Positions 20,115-28,489 of a stretch of 28,489 nucleotides of DNA are shown here, in pieces. The notes under the pieces were generated by a model. The model worked only from the letters and a program-made list of their open reading frames with translations, ran no database searches and was not told the origin of the DNA. Positions within the stretch are counted from its first letter, which is position 1. Every line of letters begins with the position of its first letter. The translations under genes were made by a program, and so were the position numbers. The DNA is from Octopus sinensis (taxonomy: Eukaryota). The stretch spans positions 1 to 28,489 of the forward strand of contig NW_021833571.1 in assembly GCF_006345805.1 (NCBI RefSeq), in the 5' to 3' direction.

Positions 20115-21160
20115 ATGCCGAAACAAAAGCAATCTAACAATCAAAAGTTAAATAAAATAATTAAACGATACCCGTCTGAATTTCAGATTGATTCAGCTGG
20201 ACGTTTATTTTGTTTGAAATTCTCAGTTTTTGTTAATTTTACGAAAACGTTTAATGTGGTGCAGCACAGGGAAACTACCCGGCATAAAAAGGAACAGACA
20301 AAATTTCAAACGCAACTCAACACTCTTCCGAAACTTGAAGCAAAGAAAAATTTCGGAATTTGCTTAGTCGAAATGATGACGAAGGCGAATATACCTCTTT
20401 ACAAAATAAGAAATGAACACTATTAATTTTTTAATAATCTCGGATTTACTGTTCCCAGCGAAACAGAAAGTTTGTTAACGTTCTTGTGGGGACTATTGAA
20501 AGTCCTGAAAAAATTTATTTATTAAATTGTTTGGAAATTGAAATTTGTGATGCATCTGCAATTTGTAGAATTGTGGATGACACAATTCGAATTTATGATA
20601 TAAAAAGGGAAAATTTTTTATTATTTATTTCTGATGCTGCCCGTTATATGACTTTAGCAGCGAGTACATTGAAGGTTATGTATATTAAAATGATTCATAT
20701 AACTTGTTTTGCTCATCTTCTGCACAATTGTGCATTTAAGATTAGAGCACATTATAAATATATTGACGACTTAATCTCGTCTATCAAAATGTCGATTGTA
20801 AAAATCCCTCCCGGAGGAGTCTTTTTACAGTTATTGGACTTCCACCTGATGTTGTTCTAACAAGATGGGGCAGCTGGTTGGACGCAGCAAAATATTATAG
20901 TCGACATCTTTCAAGAGTTCGCGAAATTGTCTTATCCTATCCAAATTGTGGAAAAATTGTGATGAATGCGAAAAATGCTGTTAGCTCTGAAAATTTGGAG
21001 AAAAATCTGGCAGAGTTAATGGCTTCATACAACCCTATCATTGATGAAATCAGAAAATGCCAAGAAAAATTTATAAATTAAAGATGCAATTGAATTCATT
21101 GATTCCGTTAATTTTGGTGAGGATAATTGTGACATCAACAATTATTTTTTTAAGCGGATA
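20115..21160 (+). pseudogene. hAT-like transposase pseudogene, duplicate copy
   Basis: Same motifs as 6144-7190, with a different set of indels. Confidence 0.75.
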
Positions 21161-23159
21161 AGTAATTACCATGGACGAATATTAAAAGTCGGATACAGGA
21201 GTAACCGCTCAAAAAATTACACATACAATGACTCAAAACTTGAGAGAGAGTCAGAACAACAAAGAGAACATCGCCTTGAGAATCGAAAACTGTGGTATGG
21301 AAACCAAAAAAAGCTAAAGAATAAAGGAACAGGCTCCTTCATGAAATTAGAGACAGGGGACGCCTACTATGGATGAAATACTTAGACGATAAAGTTACTG
21401 AAATTGAAAGACTCCCACCTGGGAACCAGATATTTATGGCCACCCGATTACTTAATCGAGCTCACGAAATACCAAAATATCGATATGGGATGAATCAGAA
21501 CACATGATATTGGACGATGAAGATAAAGCATCACGAATTGCCGACCACTTCAAGAGACAACTCCAAACAGATGACACTTATACACCCACATTCATTTGTC
21601 ATCCGCGAGGCTTATTGAACGAAATAACACCCTCGGAGGTCCTGGAAGCATTTCATCGTATAAACAATAACAGGATATGATGAAGTCCCAAGGGAACTAC
21701 TCAAATACGCTCCCAACAATCTAGCGAGCTTTTTCGCACAGATGCTGAACAAGGCGTTTGCCCAACACTGCCCACTTCCAATCGGGACAGGAATAATAAT
21801 ACCCGTCCAGAAACCGGGCAAACGACGGGGACCCTGTGGAAGCCTGAGACTGGTTGTATTAGTCACCTTTCTAAGGAAAACTCTATCGACTATTGTTCGA
21901 AGCCGAATATCAAGATCAATCGATCGTTATCTCTCTTGCAGTCAGAGTGGTTTCAGGCCTGGAAGATCCACGGCCGATATTGTTTGGACCTATCGCTGGA
22001 TCAATGCAATATGTCAGAAGTATAAACGATCTTTTCATGTCCTGGTAATCAACATGAGCAAAGCTTTTGATAGCATCAACAGGAGCAAACTACTTATCGT
22101 GTTAAAGAACATTGTAGATGAAGACAGTCTACGCATGATACGTCTGCTATTATCGGAAACTCAACTTCTTGTCAGAATTGGCCCTAAGGAATCTAGACTA
22201 TTTCCTACAAATGTTGGAACCCCACAAGGGGACACACTATCGCCTATATTATTTATCGTCTATCTGGAGGCAGCTCTGAGAGACCTAAGACTAGAAATTG
22301 GATGTATGGACAACCAAGTTATGGAACTCGTATACGCGGATGATCTTGATTTTATTACGGAGGATCGGAAATTAATAGAAATTATTATGGAGAAAGCAAG
22401 AACAATTTTCGATAAATGGTCACACAAAGTCAATGAAGAGAAAACCGAAATAACCACCGTCGAACGTGTGCCAACTCGCATAGATGAGAAGTGGCAAAAC
22501 GTCCGAAAACTCGGATCTCTTCTTGGCGATTCCGAAGATATTACCAGACGAAAAATATTATCAACAATTGCACTTAAAAAACTTCAATCCATCTGGATGA
22601 GAAAAAACCAAATTTCGACTAAGATGCGCCTACGATTATATGATGCATTTGTCCGACCTGTCCTCATGCACAACGCAGGTACTTGGGGAACATCAGAGAA
22701 AAACATGGAGCAACTTGACTCTTTCCACAGGGGTCAACTGAGAAAACTCCTCGGCTATTCGTGGCCGAAGAAAATATCAAATGATAAATTATACAGGTTA
22801 GCTAACTGTGGGCCTATAAGTCTAAATATACTTGAAACCCGCTGGCGCCTGTTTGGACATATTTTACGAATGAAGAAAGAAACACCATGCAACATGGCCA
22901 TGGAAGAATTTTTCGGCCATACTGAATACTCTAAATATAGAGGACGTCCAAGAGACTGTCTTCCGGGAATACTTACAAAGGAATATGCTATGATCGGAGG
23001 CCGATTGATGGATGCAGACGATCTGGACGAAATCGGAAAGAGGGCAAGACGACGGAAGGGATGGAAGGGACTAACGACAAGAATAGTTAAAAACATGGCA
23101 CAAGCGAAACCATAAACTTTGTTTACAGGCAACGCGAACGTGCATTAACTAATTAATTA
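21160..23159 (+). mobile_element. RTE-like retrotransposon 3' half, duplicate copy (ORF 21742-23115)
   Basis: The 457-aa translation is identical to that of 7772-9145. Confidence 0.9.
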
Positions 23160-23444
23160 ATACCTCATATGAAGCTAGCAGACATAATTTATCTATTGGT
23201 CTAAATCCGAAATTGCTATGTTTTTGAGATTTATCATTTTTAGTTCTCTTTGCAATAAAACTATCGACAGTTTCAAAATTTTTTGGGTGAGTTTTTTCCC
23301 TGTCTTTTTATTTTGACTGCTTCAAAGAGTTGTTTCTATTATTACGTTGCACATCATTCACTAGGCTTTATCAACGTTGTCAGATACAGTATATTAAGTA
23401 AATCCATATTGGAGATAAGTATCATTCCATTTTCGATTAACCAT
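23160..23444 (-). pseudogene. Buster-type hAT transposase N-terminal fragment, duplicate copy
   Basis: Duplicate of 9189-9474. Confidence 0.6.
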
Positions 23445-24415
23445 TACAATCAAATAACAAAAAAATACGTGGAATAAAAATAAGTCTCTGTATACTGACA
23501 TCTCAAAAGTTAATACCCACTTTGATTATTTTTCCATTATGTATTTTCTAAAAGTTTGGAAGGTACACCGCTTTCAGAAATAGATAACCTCAGATTAGTG
23601 GTCTAAAAAAATTATGAATTCTGAGTCGTAAACCCAATATTTTTTTAAGATAAAAAAGAATTATCTAATTATGCCTCCTTTCATTTTCAAAAAATGATAA
23701 AATGGTCTAATAGGAAATGAAAATCGGCTGTTTTCAAAGTAGTTATGAAGTCTGTAAAGCAAAAAGAATTAAATTAATCGTTTGGACCCCACGTTCTCGA
23801 ATTGTATTGTAGTATGTCACAGTCCAAATAAAATACACGCCGAACAATTACATTCATTAATTTTACTGACTGGCAAAGTATTTTGTTCTTCATTGACTTA
23901 AAAAACAAGTGCTATACTATCATATTTCACTATCTGCTTATTCCGCTGCGTGTCCATTCTCTGGACGGTCACAAAGTTTTTGAAAGAAGCTAGATTGAAG
24001 ATATAATGGTTAATACTTTTTTGAATAGACTAAATTGAAAAACTTAGTATAGTAAAAAAGAAGAAAAACAAATGAATTTAGAAAATTTGCTTTTGACTGA
24101 ATTTTACTCACATAAAATATTTCTTCCGTAATGCATTTAGTTGCAGTATGTGTAGTTAAGACACCGAACTACAAAGCTATTTCTACATTTCTCAACTAGA
24201 TTCACATTTTTTGTTTCCTGAAAGCTGACTCGCTTTGTGTAAATGCAAAACTAAATAGTTAAAATCTAAGTCAGCTTAATAAATAAAAAGAATTTTTATA
24301 TTATAATAAAATCCGAAATGTTAGTACGAAGAATTAATAAACCCGAGAAACCAAGGCAAGTACTAAAAATACAAAATTAACAAAACTATTAAAACCATTT
24401 TTTTCAATTGAAACC

Positions 24416-27400
24416 TTAACGATATGGATTATAACCGTAAATAGAATCTTGGGACAATGGTTCATAATTATTACTATCTTGACTGGAACTTTTACCACGC
24501 TTATTATTACCAACACGCTGTCTCTAATAAATTACAGATTAAACAGAAACGTAATTTTGGTATGTACGCTCATCATTCAAATTCATATATGGACTGTTCA
24601 GACTGTCACCGTGACCAAAATGCTGTGCATTAACTACAGGAGATTTTGTAACTGTTGTCAATGCTCTTTCCTGCATTGATCGAATGTTGTTATATGAAGG
24701 CGGAACATAATTTTCTATAATTAATTTTCAGCGCCTTTAACACCTTCCCGTAGATCAGACATGTAAGACAGTAAAGAAGGATCGTTCGAAAACATGGCAG
24801 TAGGGACCGGATATGTCATTCTGTAAGCCGTTGACTGACTCTGCGGAATACAAGAAAAATGATCTATCGGAGTGGTACATTCTTTAAATTTAAGAATAAA
24901 AGGGCAAATCTAACCTTTATCTGGTTCAAAAGAATTTGACAGCTTATAGATAAATAAAACAAAATAATTACTCTATAAGAAGATTCGCGAAACTGGCAAG
25001 AAGACTCTTTCAAATTATTTAATGGGCCTTCAACTAAAACACCACATTCCTTAAAGTAGATAATAAGATCATTCCATATAGAATTCTAAAAATTACTCAA
25101 AAAATAACACAAACTTTAGAAAGAACCCTGGCATTGCCAATAATAATAAGTCCATATCTAAAAAATTTCATAAAAATTGACACTTGGCCCGTGTTAGTGC
25201 AACATTTAATCGGCGTTTATCTTCCAAAAATCCAATTCCTTGGTGTTCATTCGATCTCACACAAGACAATATGATATAATCCTTTTCTCTTCCTTGAAAG
25301 GCGTCGACACTAGCAACCTCAACTTCCTGCAAAAAATTAGATAAAATATTCACTTGGTATAGCCGAGAATTAAGTTTACCAGAGAACTGCATATAGTGAA
25401 CAATGAAAGCTCTTTGTCCCTCGTACGGAGTAATAATTCCAATTTGTTCGGGATGAGTCCCAGCACTTAGCATTGTACTTACTACTTTCTCCACATTAGC
25501 AGCCTCAGTTCTAAATTCTTATCAAAATAATTTCTTTGCCTGTTTAAAAAGGAAGTTCCAGAACTTGCAATCTCTTCTTGGCCACAAGTGAGATAAAAAA
25601 ACATTGGAATGTCAGTTCTCGGCCATGGAAAATTAGAGGTAGGCAACACCCGATTGCCTAATCAATAAATAAATAGTATATAAACGAGCAGTAACTCCAT
25701 TCTGTAGTGAACCCTCATAAAAAGAATTTGAAGGGAACGCAGACAGAGCAGGATGCATACGATACTGAACCAATAGTCGAATAGGACGAATATCAAGAAG
25801 AACTAAACGTTCAAAAAGAGATCGCGAAAATCCGGCCTTTGCAGCTTTTTTGGACATAACAACAGGACCCAACTGAGAATGGTCTCCTACGAGAACGAGC
25901 TAGAAAATAATATCCATATAATAAAAACATGTCGACAGCCATGTACAATTGGCATCATACACTCGGCCTCTGTTGCTTGGGTGCTTTCATCAATAACGAC
26001 AGATTTAAAACGAAATTTATTTAATCTAGGATCTCCAGCACCAACACAAGTACAACAAATAACTTGGGCGTACTAAAACCAATAAACATGTCAGTAATTA
26101 CAGATAAAAGTTCGCGCTCAGACTGACGTTTGAGTTGTCTATAACGATTTTCATCACTACTTGACAATTCACCAGCTTCTTCCTTTAGGTTTATCAACTT
26201 TTGTAGCTCAGGTTTACTATGTAAAATCGATATTTTAATAATACTAACTTGGAAAGTTTTCTTAGTTGGTTATGCAACGCTAAATGAATTACAGGAGATT
26301 CAATTGCTTCTCTACTTTTGGCACACAATCTCACAACCTATTCATTATCATAAAAGAATACTTTAAGTCCAGTTTTGTCTATTTTCTCTGTAAGTTGATC
26401 CACAGCAATATTAGAAGGTGCACAGACGAGAACCTGAGACTTAGTCTGCTCAGCAAGATGATAGACAATACTAGCAGACGTGACAGTTTTTCCAGTACCA
26501 GGAGGACCCTAGATTAATATAATACTATTAATGACCTGAATAAGACTAAGTGGATGCTGAAGGACTGATTTCACAGCTGATATTTGAGAATGATTTAAAT
26601 CTGGCAAATTTGGCGCAGAAAAACATTCTGGAAGTGGTGTTTTTATCAATACGTCACTTCTACGGTGACCCATCAAATAGTCATAAATAATAGCAGATAC
26701 TGACGTCTCATCGACTGCAAATAGTCTAAGAGCATACTGCATTCTAATTACGTAATCAGTAAATTGCAATAAACCTGTCATATGATGTTGATTTCCAGAC
26801 GTAATCAACTGATAATCCATGAGTTGCTTCACACTTTATATCAGACACGTTCTTTATTTCAATACCAATCTCGTCGCTTTTGTCTAAAGTGAATAAATAT
26901 TTTTTACTATCAGGAATCTTAATAACATGTCCAACTGTAGTCCACGAAGGTCTCACATCGCTATGATATGTCATACGTAACTCATCCCCGTGCATTATAC
27001 GAATTTCTAGTTAAACGTCATAGAAAAATAAATTTTAATTCCTCGAAAAAACTAACCATCACTGGTCTTTGGTAAATGAAGATAAGCAATTCGTTTTTTA
27101 TTCAACCCAATGTCCCACCGAATTGATACATTTTCATTCGTCTGTGATTCTCTCAATTTCTTATCATACTCAGACTCCAACTTTATAAGAGGTTTATAAA
27201 CTGATTGATACTGATGTGAATCCTTGTATCTAAAATTATCAGAATAATAGCACCACCTAATTAAAACATGCTGTAAAACATCCTCATTTACAGGGTTATT
27301 AACCTCATCTAATGTGGCATATGGATTCTCCTTCCATCGTTCTTCCAAGTTGTTAATCTCTACCGGAGTGATCTTCCTTGCCTTTATCTGAATTTCAGGA

Positions 27401-28087
27401 TCAGGGACTTTTAACAGCCACGAAACAAACTGTCTATCTTCAATGATTGGCTTCCATTCGTTTAAATCCCTTAGAATCGCAACGAAATGTAATACCAATT
27501 TACGTCCTTGCTACTAACCTGGAAGGCACATGGCTGCCTACATACAATCATGACAGTATTGTCCTGTTTTCCAGGCAAATATCCGAGAGAAAATACGTTC
27601 TTTGATCCACAAACATAGCATTCAATTGTCATTGCTCCCAAATGACTGTTTTGGTGAAGAATTATCTCCTTTGTTTTTGCTCTCACCAAATGATTTATTA
27701 TATGGCTTCCAGAAGTCAAACCGCGATCATTACAAAACCATTTCTGACTTTGTGTGCATAAAGCAACACTATTTGGATCGTGAATTCCACAATATCTTAC
27801 AAATTAATTAAGACTTTACGCGCAAGCATGAAGAGGTAATTTATTGAAATCACTACATTCGTCTCCAAAGTTCATAGAATTAAGGTTTTGAGACATTAAA
27901 TCGTCAATCTAAATATTTTTAGTTAGGTAGAAATAGAATAAATGAATATGATGTATCTTACAATTTGATTATCCCCATCATTTTGAGAATAAATAGAAAA
28001 TTGACTGAGTCTTTCGTTTCCTAACTGAGAATGATATTGATAGTCATCGAAATAATCATCATCGACATATTTATAATTACGCGACAT
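24416..28087 (-). CDS. UPF1: UPF1 helicase, copy 2 (same 22-exon structure, offset +13971)
   Basis: All UPF1 ORF-track fragments are identical in translation and shifted by exactly 13971; ATG at 28087, TAA at 24416-24418. Confidence 0.93.
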
Positions 28088-28176
28088 CACAACAAGGATA
28101 CAGATTTGATAATAATTTTAATTTTTTTTTCAAATTAATTTAAAATAAATAATATGTCTCAAAATAACAAATAAAG

Positions 28177-28301
28177 CGGATATCCATCGCCATTCTCCGT
28201 GGCAACACGTATGCGGTACTTTCCGCAGGAGGGTGCGTGCTTTAGCCCCCCCAGAGTTTCCCCTCTGTACATTCCTAACTTAATTTGTTCTCTATTAAAA
28301 A
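28177..28301 (+). mobile_element. 125-bp CRE 3'-tip insertion, duplicate copy, with perfect 11-bp TSD
   Basis: AACAAATAAAG at 28166-28176 and 28302-28312. Confidence 0.8.
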
Positions 28302-28489
28302 AACAAATAAAGTATGTTATTTTCTAGTTACTGCCATAGAAGGAATTGAAATTGGCCTTATTTTTGCAATGAATAAAGATAGTCTCCCTTATCCAATCAT
28401 TATTTGCGCGAAAAATTTATGAACCAAATCCTCGTGTTTGTCTTCGAAAACGATTCGAAGAAAATCGCATCTTATAAGGACCAGGAAAG

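Larger units (their letters stand above)
19760..28489 (+). repeat. Direct segmental repeat, copy 2 (runs off the window end)
   Basis: Matches 5806-14517; begins directly at the end of the satellite. Confidence 0.97.

Overview
AT-rich eukaryotic DNA using the standard genetic code, dominated by transposon debris. The only host gene I can support is UPF1 (NMD helicase, minus strand). I could splice it by hand into a complete 1012-aa ORF with 21 introns: 19 are 24-33 nt, two are 50 and 53 nt, and one is GC-AG. UPF1 appears twice (10445-14116 and 24416-28087) because about 8.7 kb (5806-14517) is repeated almost exactly at 19760-28489; this is either a very recent segmental duplication or an assembly artefact. 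Mobile elements: a decayed CRE-clade RT+RLE retrotransposon plus two further CRE pieces; several copies of an APE+RT (RTE-like) family; two kinds of hAT remnant; a non-autonomous TIR element; and a tiny twin-hairpin insertion. These form up to four nested levels. Between the duplicated blocks lie a degenerate 180-bp repeat with a coding-like substitution pattern and a 2.8-kb, 87-bp satellite with higher-order structure. I found no convincing new multi-gene system. The best leads are the UPF1 micro-intron biology, the twin GNA-triloop element, the 180-bp repeat and the satellite. All family assignments come from motif recognition, not database searches.
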